A stretch of DNA of 64,000 nucleotides from Mytilus trossulus (GCF_036588685.1 NC_086374.1:71238001-71302000), one strand, 5' to 3'. Positions 25,422-39,384 are shown, numbered from the stretch's first letter. Made by a program: numbers and translations. Notes: generated by a model not told the origin, from the sequence alone.

Positions 25422-25896
25422 TAATATGGGGACGAAGTTCCCAATAACAGTAGAAAAATCAATAAAAAAAAAAAAAATACGGGAAAATTTCCCGAATTTT
25501 TCATTGTACTAATGAACTCAAAATCATTCAATTTTTTTATGTCATGTTTTGAAATCCCGGACCGGCGCAGAAATCTACAATGTACTTCCTTTTTCCGGTC
25601 TCGTCTGTATGAACCTTTGAGTATTTATATATATTTATCGGTCTAGTATAAAATAGGAAGGAACGCAATACTTATTTCATATCTAATAATTGTTTGATAT
25701 GAAATAAACGTTACCTGATCATCATGGCTGATGAAAGCGTTTCTTTGTTTACATTGAACATGACGTCATAACTTAAATAACGTCAAAACGTCACAACCAA
25801 ATCCCTAACAACAGAACCAAAGTCGGAAACGTTACGGTAAAAAAACTAATTCATACAAACTTCGTCCCCATTCACAGGTTATGCCTGCCTCATATT
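25422..25896 (+). mobile_element. ~475-bp non-autonomous element, copy 2 of 17170-17658
   Basis: End-to-end similarity with 17170-17658. Confidence 0.75.
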
Positions 25897-26596
25897 AATT
25901 GTATTAAAATGAATATGTTTTACTGCAACAACATCTTACATGTTAGTTATAAAGCACTTGCACGATCTGTTCGTGAAATGTCCTAAATATTCACCTATTG
26001 TGGTATATATTTCACAGCTGGGTGGCTTTAGGCGCGATAAAACCCCGCTCGCATCTCTTACTTTGTTTTATTAGTATTATGTATTTCTGAACATATACAT
26101 TTTAACTCATTTTCTTCATTTTCTTCAAAAATTAAAAAAAGTTCGTCTGTTCATTTATCATTCTACATTAGACATTTATGGCATATACAGTAAAAATGAT
26201 ATTTTAGGATCCGCACTTTACATACACTGGTTTATGTCATGATATAATAATCACTATTCTAATATGACGTCCTTATTACGCTTTGTAAACACAGCCGTGT
26301 TCTAATTCAAATAGAACATGGGCTGCACGTGATTGACGTCACAATTGAAATTGCAACGTCAGATGAATTTCGAACAACGCCAGAGATCATAAATGGACAT
26401 TTTTGTTGGTGTTGCTCGATAGGAAATTAAATAAAAACATTCTAAAAGTAAGTTTAAATGCTACTGTTCTTTTTTTATTGATAAACTGCTGATTTCCTAT
26501 AACGTTTTTGGCTCATGAAATCAAAATGGTGACATTCCGAGCGTCTACTATAGGTCCGCTTCGAAGTGAAAGAGTTCAAATATTCTTATTAGAATC

Positions 26597-27065
26597 GAAA
26601 TAATTCTATCCTGCCCATTTTAACATGGGTAGGCATTATATTTGTAAACATTTAATACCTCGCTAACGCTCGGTATTATTTCAATTCAATTCAATTCAAT
26701 ATTTTATTGGAAAGAGCACAATAGAGGCGTGATCCAAATACAGACAATTATAATATTAAAACAACATATAAATGAAATAAAGATTCATGTAACAAGTCAT
26801 GAGCCAATTCTATGTATACAAATACATTATAGACTGATATTGATACCATAGACTTATATTTCAGTATTATTATAGATTTTCGTATATTTACTTAAAACAC
26901 ACAATACAAGATATTTATATATATATATATATATATATGTATATGCACAAACTACTGTAAAAGATTATTATCTGATGAAACGGTATGGTGGTATTAAGAT
27001 ATTAACAAATATAATGCCTACCCATGTTAAAATGAGCATAGAGCATGGCAGGATAGAATTATTTC
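26597..27065. repeat. ~50-bp inverted repeat enclosing a CR1-type LINE tail
   Basis: GAAATAATTCTATCCTGCC..ATTTTAACATGGGTAGGCATTATATTTGT and its reverse complement at ~27006-27065; (ATTCA)n plus TTTATT at ~26680-26710 is a minus-strand LINE 3' tail. Confidence 0.6.
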
Positions 27066-27479
27066 TTAAACAAAACATATAATGTCTTCGCCGGCACAAG
27101 ATCAATACATCTACCTGGATGTTTAAAGGTCACAAACTCGTAAACATCACAGACTTTACACCTAAAGAAACGCGACAAATGCACTAAAATTGATTACTGC
27201 TTTCATTATTTTATTATTTATAAATTCCAGCTGTCAAAAGTATACTGTTTACGACACAAATTTGACGAGTTATTTGTTTTAGCGCAGGCTGCATTACTGT
27301 TAATGTAGACAATACAACTTCTCATAGAAACTGTCTTTGCAGCTAAAACTATGCCACTTTTACTATGAAGTTTCGTAAAAAATATAAGAATAGAAAGTTG
27401 ATATGATAATGTACTTCTATTTTATTCAATTGTCAAAACATAGGTCTGTGCTACATATTATCAACATGCCCCGAACTTG

Positions 27480-28050
27480 CAAGGGTTTAAACTTATATTA
27501 AAATTCTGTACAACCACTACCTTCATGTTTGGTCTACTTTCATCGCAATCATATGTTTGGTTTTTTTTATATTCCAAAGTTCTGTCTCGATGAGATGGAA
27601 CATAAAGATCATATCTGGGAACCAGTACGTAAACAAAACGAAACATCTATGAATACCAACGAGGCTTGGTTTGCGAAACAGCTGTATTTACAAAGTGCAA
27701 CTTGCAATAAGATGACATTGCATGCTAACTTTTGGTAACATTCAGTGTGAAGTATGCTGTTGCTCTTCACAAATTTCTGTTCTTCCTTAAATTTTTAATG
27801 GTATTTCATTTCATGAAAAATAGAAAATTTTATTGTAAAATCATTTTTTTGTTACGAGTCTGTCTGATTGTGATGTCGCATTGTGTTTTCGCAACTATGA
27901 TTGCCAGTTGCAGTTCTTGTTCAAATTTATCTAGAATTTTTATTGTCGTACGTAGCTATGAATAGCTGTCTGAAATCTCTGTTGTTTTGTTTCAAATATT
28001 CTCAAAACTATGCAGCTTATCTTCCATTACTAATTCTTTGTTACTCTTAA
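27480..28050 (-). pseudogene. Highly decayed TRIM-like coiled-coil remnant
   Basis: Collinear nucleotide matches to copy 1, e.g. TTCTTGTTCAAATTTATCTAG vs TTCTTGTTCAAGATTATCTAG and CTGTCTGAAATCTC vs CTGTCTGGAATCTC; no usable ORF. Confidence 0.45.
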
Positions 28051-28157
28051 TTATTTCCAAACTTTGGTAACGGTTACTTAATTCTAAATCTTAACTGATA
28101 AGAGAGGTCATATTTAATGGCCTTTTTTAACCTTAATTTGTTTAATTGTCGTTTTTT

Positions 28158-28370
28158 AAACGTCCAGTGGCAACTTTTAAAGGCAAATAAAAGACAATCA
28201 CTTTCGTCAAAACGGTCTAAACGCCCAGTTGCAAATATAAAAGCATAAACAGGACGATTACTTATAATGAAATGGTATAATTTGTCTAGTGGCAGACATA
28301 CACAGTATTATCACTTATATCAAAATGGTATAAACGCTCAGTGGCAAATATAACAGCATAAACAGGCTGA
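28158..28370. repeat. Degenerate ~55-60-bp tandem repeat, 4 units
   Basis: Recurring AAACGYYCAGTGGCAAATATAA and AAATGGTATAA. Confidence 0.6.
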
Positions 28371-29665
28371 TTATTCTTGCATTGAAACCAAAACAAAGTC
28401 TGTAAGTATTAAGTAAGTCGATACGGCCATGTCTTGTCTTTCTTCAATAAACATTTTCAAAGTACGTTTTACACTATAAGTAAAATAATTTTTAAGTAAC
28501 ATGCAACTCCTCTATAGATGTCACTTGTCTGTTGCTACTTTACCACGACTTTGTCCATTAAATCACTGTTTTAAATGACAAGGTTCTTGTGTAAAAACCG
28601 ATATGGATTTCCTCTTTGTTAATTTGTACCGGAAAATTTAATCATGCGTTGCATGTCACACAGCCTGTTTCATTTAGAACATTCTTTTTATTCAGAGTTC
28701 ATTCATCTCTTTCACTGTCTGTGACAATTTCATTGCCATTTGTGTCAGTCAAGTGGTCTGTTGTCCTATATATTAAATCTCAATCTTCTTTTTTTCCAAA
28801 TATTCATCCTATTATCTATTAAATATTTATGTGTCACATGCTTGTTTTTCGTTTATTTTTTTACATAAATGAGGCCGTTAGTTTTCTCGTTTGAATTGTT
28901 TTACATTGTCTTATCGGGACATTTCACTATATATACTATGCGGTATGGGCTTTGCTCATTGTTGAAGGCCGTACGGTTGGTCTTTTGTGGATAGTTGTTT
29001 CGTTGGCAATAATACCACATCTTATAGATATAGGAAGATGTGGTGTGAGTGCCAATGAGACAACTCTCCATCCAAATAACAATTTAAAAAGTAAACCATT
29101 ATAGGTTAAAGTACGACCTTCAACACGGAGCCTTGGCTCAACTCTTTTTTGTATGATACGTTTATTATAGTTGCATTCCTGTAGAATTATAATGTACATT
29201 TATACACCAGATCGATGTGTTGTAAAAAGTGTTTGATAGGTGATCAGAATTAAAGTTTTAAATCTTTCAACACTGCTCATTCAGCATATAATCAAATAGT
29301 TATGCAAAAAAAAACGGTAGCTATACAAACAAACCATATTAATTCAAATTCTTCAAAATAATAACGAAATAAAACAAGTAACACTAAAACAAAAAAACTC
29401 TAGGACTTTATAACTTGTCATGCATCTGGGGCGCTTATCTAAAATAAGCTTCATTCGGAGGGCTCCAAGCCAAATTTTTGAAATTCAAGGATGTTTAAGA
29501 ACCGAAACATTTGAGAATTATATGATCAAACTTTTGTTATCACATTAACAATGGTATAGGATATTTCAAAACCGGCTTGTCAAGACAAGTATGATCAAAA
29601 GACAATAAAGAGTAAAATTCGACCAGACAGGAATTCGGTAACAAGTACCTAATTATTATTTTTTA

Positions 29666-30809
29666 CAGCTAATACATTAATGCTAGCAAGACATTTGTCT
29701 TGCTTGCTTTGCTTGTATCAATATTCATCTCAAACACACCTTAATAAAGAAGGTGCACTTGATTTTCCAATAAAAGGGATAAATTAATTAGGGGGGATGA
29801 CTAAATTATTTTATTTATTATTCTATTGTTATTGAATATTGCGCACTTTGGGTGAATTTTTGCTAGTAAACCTTCAAACTGATTATTCTTTGTTTATAGA
29901 GAAGGCGATAAGTGCTTTCTGTTATGTTTACTTTAGTAAGATTTTTTTTTAAAGTGAATAGAAACAAATAAAATAACAATTTTCTTTTCAAATACGAGTG
30001 TTTTATTGTAAAAAAAAAGCAACCATTTGCATAAGTTTTTAATTCATCTATTACATAGTTAAGCAGAACAGTTAGATATCAAGTCGACGACATGGTTATC
30101 TATGATATCAAGTTGGATGAAGAAAATACTTCCCTTTTTTTTTTTAAATAATACGGACGGAGAACATATCAATCTATAAGTTTACTTATTTCCGTGTCTG
30201 TTCTTCCATTACGTGACTCAAGAAAATAATCAAAAAATTGGTAACAATTGTATCAAAAAGAGAAAATCGAGCGAACCTTCTTATGTTAGGGTGTGTTTGA
30301 GATGAATAATTTGTCTAAAAAACGCACAAAGGAAGAACATTTGATACATCATCTCGCTTCAGGTTTTATCATTTTTATATAGCAAAGCTACAGGTTGACT
30401 TTATAACATAAAAAAATCTTATTACTAAAAGATGAAATATATGGGTCAAATGAAATACCTATGTAATGAATCACTAAATCAGAGTAGGTGTGTTCGAATA
30501 GTTATTTTGCTTTTCTAAAAGTACTTGACGACAGTCTTTTCAGTTGGATGATGAAAATGCATATCTTCGAAAGAAAACAAATATATTTTTGGCTTCCATT
30601 TCTACGATTGCGCTTTATATTTGTCATCCTGTGATGTTTTAAAATTTAGTGTCCTTATCTCCAAACATAACCGTCCAATAAAATTTAAGTATGATGTATA
30701 CATGCTGAAGCTCCGCCTATCTTAATTGGCATGCTTGAGCAAACATTAATACAAGCAAAGCAAGCAAGACAAACAAAGATTTGTCTTGCTAGCATTAATG
30801 AAAAAGCTG
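29666..30809. mobile_element. TA-flanked MITE with a nested TIR element
   Basis: ta|CAGCT..CATTAATGCTAGCAAGACA ... TGTCTTGCTAGCATTAATG..AGCTG|ta; inner inverted pair TATTCATCTCAAACACACC (~29722) and GGTGTGTTTGAGATGAATA (~30308). Confidence 0.7.
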
Positions 30810-32069
30810 TAATCATCACCATGTCATTCCATCATCTTTTGATAGGAAATTCTTGTAAAAAGTATTTTAATATATTTATATTTGAAAGCTTGGAGTAGCA
30901 GAAAAGGTGTTAAACTGCATGCGTTAATTCTAGATATATAAGGAATTATGATCTATATTAAATTGCGTTCAAAATTTTACGGGTAGTATCTTTTATTAAT
31001 TCGTATTTTTAAATTCAATTTAGTCTGAAAATGAATGATAGTGAGATACAGGTAATTTGTATATGCATTATTTCTATGCAGGCAATATCATTCTATGAGA
31101 CATAATAATAAGAAAAGTCGACAGACTTTACCGAGAAAATGTATTTCTTCACAACATTTGTGCGCGAGACCTCACAAGTGGTCTATATTGTTACGAGTGT
31201 ACCTGGTGATAGTTATTCCAGAAAAACTGCTTATAATATTTCACACGATACATAAAGTATTTGTTTGATTGCTGTTTCCTTCATTGAAAAATATAAAGCC
31301 GGTCAATCAACAAGAACTTATTTTTCCTTTACAACTATATCCCTTAATAATAACTATCAAAAGAAAGAGGGGTTGAATGGGTTGTCTTTCGTGGTTTCTT
31401 TATTTTTTTTTATTTTCAGATTAATATTTTCTATTCTTTATATTTTGTATGCATTATTCTCTTAAATTGATATTTTGTGTTCTTTATTCTCTATTTATCA
31501 TAATTTAGTACCCAATTATCAAATATACGAAAGAAACCAATTTAGAAATTCGATATACCAGATAAAAGTTAACCCAAGTTCGTTGAAATCCCTCGTAATT
31601 TTTCCAACGACTCCAGATTACATTTCGTTATACAAATGTAAACAAATTGTAAGACAAACTGATCATATATGATCACAATAAAAAAAACATCGAATAGTAA
31701 GTTTGAATTTTGGCAATTTTTTGTCATGGATTTATTAGAACAGTTCAACTATAATGTATCAACCGGCCAACGAATTTGCATTCATCGACACTTTCTCATT
31801 AATATACAAGATAAAAACGTTGAAGGGCAACCATCATATGTTCTCTGTAAATGGCAACTGGGCTACCAGACGCCAACTGTGATAAATTCAGTCCTTCAGT
31901 AAAACTATTTTTTCTGTCCAATCCATGACGCTTCTTTTGAAAATATCTGAAAATATACAACAAACACCAGAAAAATATTCTCAAGGGTGTGATATGGTGG
32001 GTGTTTGTGTTCTTTTGGAGTTCAAATCACCCAATGAACAAATTACGAAAAGCATGCAGTTTTATATCA

Positions 32070-32705
32070 AACAAGAATGTGTCCAAAGTACACGGATGCC
32101 CCATTTGCACTATCCTTTTCCATGTTCCATGGACCGTGAAATTGGGTAATAATCTAATTTGGCATTAAAATAAGAAAGATTATATTATAGGGAACATGTG
32201 TACTAAGTTTCAAGTTGATTGGACTTCAATTTTATCAAAAACTACCTTGACCAAAAACTTTAACCTGAAATTCCTACTTTCATTTTCTATGTTCAGTGGA
32301 CCGTGAAATTGGGTATTAATCTAATTTGGCATTAAAATAAGAAACATTATATTATAAGGAACATTTGTACTAAGTTTTAAGTTGATTGGACTTCAATTTT
32401 ATCAAAAACTACCGTGACCAAAAACTTTAACCTGAAATTCCCATTTAAATTTTCTATGTTCAGTGGAATGTGAAATTGGGGTCAAAAGTCTAATTTGGCT
32501 TTAAAATTAGAAAGATCATATCATAAGCAACAAGTGTATTAAGTTTCAAGTTGATTGGACTTCAGCTTCATCAAAAACTACCTTGACCAAAAACTTTAAC
32601 CAGAAATGGGACGAACGGACGCACAGACGGACGCACAGACGAACGAACGAACGGAGGCACAGACCAGAAAACATAATGCCCCTCTACTATCGTAGGTGGG
32701 GCATA
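32070..32705 (+). mobile_element. HINE-like element with three ~167-bp units
   Basis: AACAAGAATGTGTCC start; units with GTGAAATTGGG at ~32135, 32303, 32470; (GACGGACGCACA)n; terminal ATGCCCC..CTAC..GTAG..GGGGCAT hairpin. Confidence 0.75.
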
Positions 32706-33148
32706 GTAAAAACGGGAAAACCGCTTATGAAAAATGTAGGTTAACAAAAGACGCTCAAGTCCGTCAAAATTAAAGAAAAGTTAACTCTAATTTAGCAGAC
32801 GATACTCTCAATTTATTGATTTGATTTAATGCTTAATGATCAAATCTTATTATTTTCATTCTGTTCTTTTTTTTTGCTCTGCTTTTCTCTATATTTTTGC
32901 TTTTTGGGAGGGTCTATTTTTCTATAGATTTGGACACTATTCTTCACCAAGACCCCAATGAAAGTTCTATCATACGGAAATATAATACATCAAACTACTG
33001 CAACCTTACAAAACTTTCATCATTTCCCCTTTTACACCGACTGAGCATTTTCGAAACGTAAAAAAAGTAATATATTTAGTTATATCGTGCTTCAATCTTA
33101 TTATTTCGTCAGTTTATTTTAATCAAAAATACGTACAACCTTAATACA

Positions 33149-33609
33149 CTATAGGTGTCATACCACCAATTAAAAGTCCCAATCTGTTCAACCAAATTTT
33201 ACAATTTTCACAGCTTTCTAAATATTTTACCTTAAGTTTAACTTCATAGAAACCAGGTATATCCTGAATCCTACATGTATCAGCTTTCTACATGCCAATT
33301 TTCAACAGGTGTTTAAAATCATATAAAAAAGAAAAGGTGTTCCGAATAAAGGTACCACAAAAAATAACCCCTGGTTTTCTGGAAATCTTAAATTAGTATA
33401 CTATGGAGTGCATTAATCCTCAATTTTGAATGCAAACTCATAAACAAATAAATTTTAGCTCAAAATGGTCTGAATATATTTCTCTTTCACCAAAAGTTTC
33501 ATTTCTGCCAATTTGTCGGTTAGTTTAAGTAAAAAATGACATCGAATGCACTATTTTTTGTCCGAGTAGGCCTAATTTGAGGGAGTAATTGGTGGTATGA
33601 CACCTATAG
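33149..33609. mobile_element. MITE with 24-bp perfect TIRs
   Basis: CTATAGGTGTCATACCACCAATTA / TAATTGGTGGTATGACACCTATAG, flanked by ACA on both sides. Confidence 0.7.
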
Positions 33610-33637
33610 ACAATGTTCTACCTTTTGTGTAAATATT

Positions 33638-34845
33638 ATTAGGTCTTTCCACTTTTCCGTGGAAAGACCTATTGGATTTCTTCTGATTATTATTTATTTT
33701 TTTTTATTTTTTTTTCCGCCTAATTTTTTCCTTCGCTGTTTTTTTGTTTCGCAAGATGTCGCTTAAATTTTTGGAATATGATATCGAACAGTTTATACGC
33801 TTTTGAAACCAACTCTGCTTAACCAAATACTTTCCCATATAAGAGTTGTCTCCCCAAACACTGTTTTTCTTGTTATCTCTAAGGCTTCGCAACCGTATAA
33901 GAAACCGACAAATTTATTTTTCCAAATTGCTCGTTATATCCTCAGGATGTTCTGTTTTATTTTGACCGAAGCCGTATGGAGATTCCATATGTGAGTTATT
34001 TCCCCTTTTGTATTTGAAATTTTGAAATGTATTAAAAACTGGAAAACCATAAGTGATAGAGGCCTAGGGTCTTTTTATTTGAGGTCCTTGGTCCAAAAAC
34101 ATTAAAATGAGGTCAAGGTCAAAGGTCAAGGTCATGTTCAAAATTTTATTTTGACTTGTTATCACTTATTTTCAGCAATCATATAAGATATCGACAAAAT
34201 ATTTTCACATAATTGTGAGATGCGACATGTCGTAACATGTAAATTCTAGTTAAAAGGGTACGTAAACATTTGATGCGAGTTTTTCCCCCTTTTATATCTT
34301 ATTTTAGTTGTATGGTAATATTACTCATTAACAGTATACAGAAGAGGCCTAGGGTCTTTTGATTTGAGGTCCTTGGTTGTTGACCTTTAAATTGAGCTCA
34401 AGGTCATAGGCAAAATTAACGTTCTAGATTTTGACCTTTGCTTTTACCTCATATGTATACATGATAAAGACATGGGACTTTTTGCAATGAGTTGCAATCA
34501 ATGTGACCTTGTAAAAGCCAACCGGAAGTGACCTTTTGTTTACCGGAAGTAGCTATTTTTTGTTCTTAATAAACGTAAAAGTATATAGAACCATATATTT
34601 TTGGAATCAGTGTCACTTAAACTATCAAACTAAACCGGAAATAACATCGTTTGAACCGGTAGTAAACATTATCTCCCTTATCTATATCTTTTTCCATAGA
34701 AACCATAAATTTTTGGAATCAGCGTTCAATAAGCTGTCATTTGACGGTACAATTGACATTTAAAACCAAATTTCAATATTTTCATATAAAAAAAGGTCTT
34801 AACTGGTGGAAAGACCATCAATAGTTCTCTGAACAATTGGTTTTT
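33638..34845 (-). mobile_element. HINE-like element
   Basis: Terminal hairpin TAGGTCTTTCCAC..GTGGAAAGACCTA, (TTA)n/T-rich tract, internal GAGGTCAAGGTCA repeats, distal TGGAAAGACC at ~34808. Confidence 0.65.
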
Positions 34846-37264
34846 AATTCATTCTATAATTCTTTTGTGTTAACTAATTTGACAAAAAGTGATTGTGTGC
34901 AGTGATTTAAAATTCTAAATGTACTATCTAAGTATGATTATTCGACATTTTTTTTTTTACCTCAAAACATTAATGATGGTCAATAGTTGCATTATCTTTG
35001 CAGAACCAATATTGCTTTTCTATATCACAGCGGCCAGTTTTAATCGGTATTACTTAGCGAGAACCACTCACCATTTGCAGAAAAAAATGCCATTTTCTGG
35101 TAGATTAGATCGAAACTCGACCAAACGTCGCGACGATATGATAGTGGGATTGGTGGTTTGGGGGGAGTTGACAATAATATCACATAAACTCTTCAAATTA
35201 TTGTTTATTAGTTAAACAAAGGTGTCGCATTATAATCTTCATATTTTGTATTCCCGCAAAATATTATTATAAGTGACTGCGTAAAACAAAGAATGGTCCA
35301 ATGCTAATTAGCATGATTTCTAACCGTATGTCTAACAAGTTTAAGTTTAAGAATATTATTTTAATTAATATAATTCATTATGAATCAATGTTATAATTGT
35401 AATACATGCATTTAAATTATTTACCAAAATCTTAAATGATTCAAAAGAATTAACAAAAAAACGTATGCTACTAGTTCGGTTGCCAACAATATGGCTTTCA
35501 TCCACTTCATTTAAACTTTGGTGGATAATTGTCTCATTGGCAATTATACCACATCTTCTTATTTTTATACTGTTATATTAGCGTAAAAAACTCTAGTCTT
35601 CCCCAATCCTGGATAATATGAATGACGTCTGTGTAGAATTTTTCATGTTGATTTTACCGGAGGTATATATTTAGAATTTGAGTGAACATTGATCTCATTG
35701 ATAAACACATAGAACAGTGAGAACACACGCACCAAACTTCTACTGCATTACATAGTCATGTTTATATGTCAGACAATGTAGAACCTAAAATAGATGTTAT
35801 AATTTTGCACTTGATATAACATGAAAATACCTTCAGCACCATACATATATAAAGAAAGTAATTCCAAAGCAAGTGAAGTTAAGGGCTCGATGATAGCTGA
35901 AATTTCCAGCGTCAAAATCAATCAATGTTTGGTTTGGTCAGTTTGTTTTCCATGTATAGTTTACTTATTTTCCATTATCTATGTATGTATTTAAACTGTC
36001 CTCTAAAAAACTTAATTGTTCTTCCTGTCATGTAAGGTTGGCATTTCAACGGTATTTTTAACAATGCCATATAAGCGGGAAGTTTGGCAAGCCATAACAT
36101 CAGGTTCAGTCCACCATTTTTACTCTCAAGAGTCCTATACGAAGTCACAAATATGGCAGTTGTTATCAAATATAATAGTTCCTTCTATGTATGTTGCATT
36201 GGTGAGTGCTTTTGATGCACTTCAGGGTTTCTATTCTTCCGTTGTTTTTCTATTATAGTTAGTGTTTCCCTATGTTTGTAACACGGATTTGCTTTCTCTC
36301 AATAGATTTATGAATTTTGAACAGCGGTATACATCTGTTGCCTTTATGTTTGTCAATGGCGGGACAGAAGCAATCGGTATTGGCTATAAATTACACGCTG
36401 AAGAGTTTATGTTATATTGATAATTGATGTTTTCAAAAAATAAACGCAGAGCATTTCATGCGTATAATTGAAGCATCTAAATCTAACAAAATTAAAGTAT
36501 AAGTACTTAACATCAATATAAAAGACACGAAAGCAACCTTTTGATATGCTATCTGGACGAACTTATTACTCATATTTGCGCACATTTAAGAGCTGTATAC
36601 GTACATGTCTAAACGTAATAAAGCGGGGGCACTAGAAGTAGTCGAACAATTTACGTCATTGGAAGAAATGTAAGCAATTTTAACAGGGAATCTATATTTG
36701 CTTACTTAGAAACCTTACATCTAAGTCTCCAGGAAGTCTTTCAAAAAACATAACTCATTATGGTTTTGTTTATGCTTGTAGTAAATTTGTTCGAATTTAA
36801 CACAAGTATATATCATTCATAAGATGAAACAATATAAATGAAAATGTATATACAAAAAGATGTCTAGAAATAGTATTTAAAAAATATAAATTAAATATGA
36901 AAATGAGAGAACATCATCCCGTTTCGCATGGACATGGAGTCTAGGTCCTTATGTGTTTAAACGTGGTAACCAATCTCTTAATTCCTTTTTCGAATGTTCC
37001 TAGAGGCTATTTCCCATGTGTTCAAAAGTTAAAATTAAAATTTTTATAGAAATCAGCGATTAATCAACCATATGGTGTATATAATGTAAAACGGAACAAA
37101 AATTAGAAACACCAGAGAATAAAATATAAACTATTTTAAAATGATATAGCAAATTTTAAAATGATATAGCATCAGAGATTTACAGCATTTTTGCCCGCAA
37201 CAACAATTCTTCTTGAAACTAAGTAACACGTACTCCACCGGAAAAAAAAAGGGTGATCTCAGAA

Positions 37265-39384
37265 GACGTTACGCACGATACTGGTGTCACTTCTTACTTT
37301 GACGTGTATTAACATTTCGATGGCGAATATGTACTTCAGTTAGTAAAACAAAACTGTATCATTATATACCAAAATATTCCGTTTTAATTGTATTTTATCA
37401 TTATTAAATTAGATAGTCGTTTTATAAAATGTGTGTTTGTCAATCCGATTGTTTAAACCAAAATTGTTATGAAAATAACTTGTAAGATGTAACAAAATTT
37501 TACCGTAATCACTCTAGTAATCTCTTTAAAATATTGCAAACATTGCATAAATTCCGCCAAATTTCACTCAGTAACGTCATAACTAACAAATTAATTGTGA
37601 CGTCTTTTTTGGCGAAAAAGTCATGTCAATAGGCAAAATGGTGGCGGAAAAAAATAATGGTAAGCATTGTAATCATTTGATTTTAACGTCACTAGATTTG
37701 CATATAAAAGTTTCTTCTCTAAATAATTGCAATATTTTAAATGACTTACACTATATAAAAATATAGAAAGACGGCTCATAAACTATACTTCAACGTATAA
37801 AAGTTTGCTCAAAATCGTGTTTGTTTTGAAAACCAAACAAGCCATATTTCTCAGTCTTACAAAATGTCCCCTTATTCTACATTCAACGTTTCCTTACACA
37901 TTTTCTCAGATTGTGTCATCTCAGTTCAGAATGCGAAGCTTTCACACTTTGTACTTTATGCTTATCAGATTGCTCATGGATTAAGCTTTAAAATGGTACC
38001 CATTGTATTGGTATAGCCGTTTAGTTAATTAATAATATTTCTAACTTTCTGAGACTTACAAAATGTCCCCTACGTCTTTTTTCGTATTTGAACGTAAATT
38101 TATCTTTTTTTAACGCCACCTTTCTTATGCGTCAATTCGACGTATTTAATTTGCGATGTGTTTTAAATTAAAGATATTTTTGCAACTGTAGGTTCCATCA
38201 TGAAATCAAAAGGTAAAATTGACAAAATGAAAATGTATAGAGAAAGGAAAAAAGATAAAAAAAAGTGAGAGAAATAAATTATACTACGAAATGAAACAAA
38301 ATGAGAGAATAAAAGAATACAAAAATTCCATAGCTGCTGTAAAAAAGAGAAGACAAAGGGAAAAACACAACTCACTTAAGCAAAAAGCTGAAGCTAGGAG
38401 ATTAAAAAACTTGCATAATGTCAGAAGGTTTAGGGAAAAAAGAAAAGGTGAAGAAAATCTTGAAATTGTAGAAATTGAAGATGTAAAGAATTTTACAAAT
38501 AGAATGAAAAAATCCAGAGCAATAAAAAACTTAAGAGAGCACTTCCTCAGACTCCTAGAAAAAAAGGCTGAGCTTTTGATAAACCTTTTGACGGGGAAAA
38601 AATCTAAGCAGTCACCTACAATGGCAAAATTAAGGCAAATGAACATTGTTAAATCCCCTGACGAAATTGAAAATGATGAAATAGCAAAGCATGTCTTAGT
38701 TGATGTTAAAAAAGTCCTGACTCATACAAAAGCTCAAAGATCAAAAGACGATTTCGAGGTAGTTGATATTTTTCCGAAAAGGAAGTTTAGTTGCATTATA
38801 TACAGACGATGAAGGAGAAGACTTTTATCTAATGAAGGCAGGATCATGTCAAGAAAAACTGCAAAGTTCGGAAACTGACGATTGGCAGGGTCAGTACCCA
38901 GAAGGAACTACCGTTATTCGTGGATTATATTATAGAAAAAAATGACCTTTATCGTACAGTTTAATTCAACGTAAAAATGTAATTGTGAGTGTCAAATCTG
39001 TCTTATATGTAACAAATGATATTTTGACGGACTCCGTAATCGATTTGTCCTTGGCCATTCACGAAGAAATTATTGGACTGGCAGAGCAAAGCAGTTTATA
39101 ACAGACTATTCGGAATAAAATTGAACGAGTTATTTTGTCTTTGAATTGCTTTTATATTTTGTATATTTCTTAAAAAGTAAACAAACAAACATTAAAAAAA
39201 GACAAACTAAAGAAACAATTAACGTAAACTGAAAGGGAAACAAACAAAACAAACATACAATCGAATTAAAAAAACATCAAATTTAGTCTTTCAATGCCGT
39301 CGTTTTTCAACGTTTCATTTTTCCATGTAGAAAACGTCGTAATTCGACGTTACGTTTGGTGAAACCAGTATCGTGCGTAACGTC
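37265..39384 (+). mobile_element. Internally deleted TIR DNA transposon (superfamily unassigned) with coding remnants
   Basis: 26-bp TIRs GACGTTACGCACGATACTGGTKTCAC (25/26). Basic/coiled ORF remnant at 38200-38812 and a second remnant at 38763-39100; no DDE core visible. Confidence 0.75.

Noticed and set aside
25727-26990. CTGATGA motifs at ~25728 and ~26972 as possible hammerheads
   Set aside because: No compatible stem I/II/III arrangement.
31475-32060. Short plus-strand ORFs that might be a decayed gene fragment
   Set aside because: No motif I can identify with confidence.
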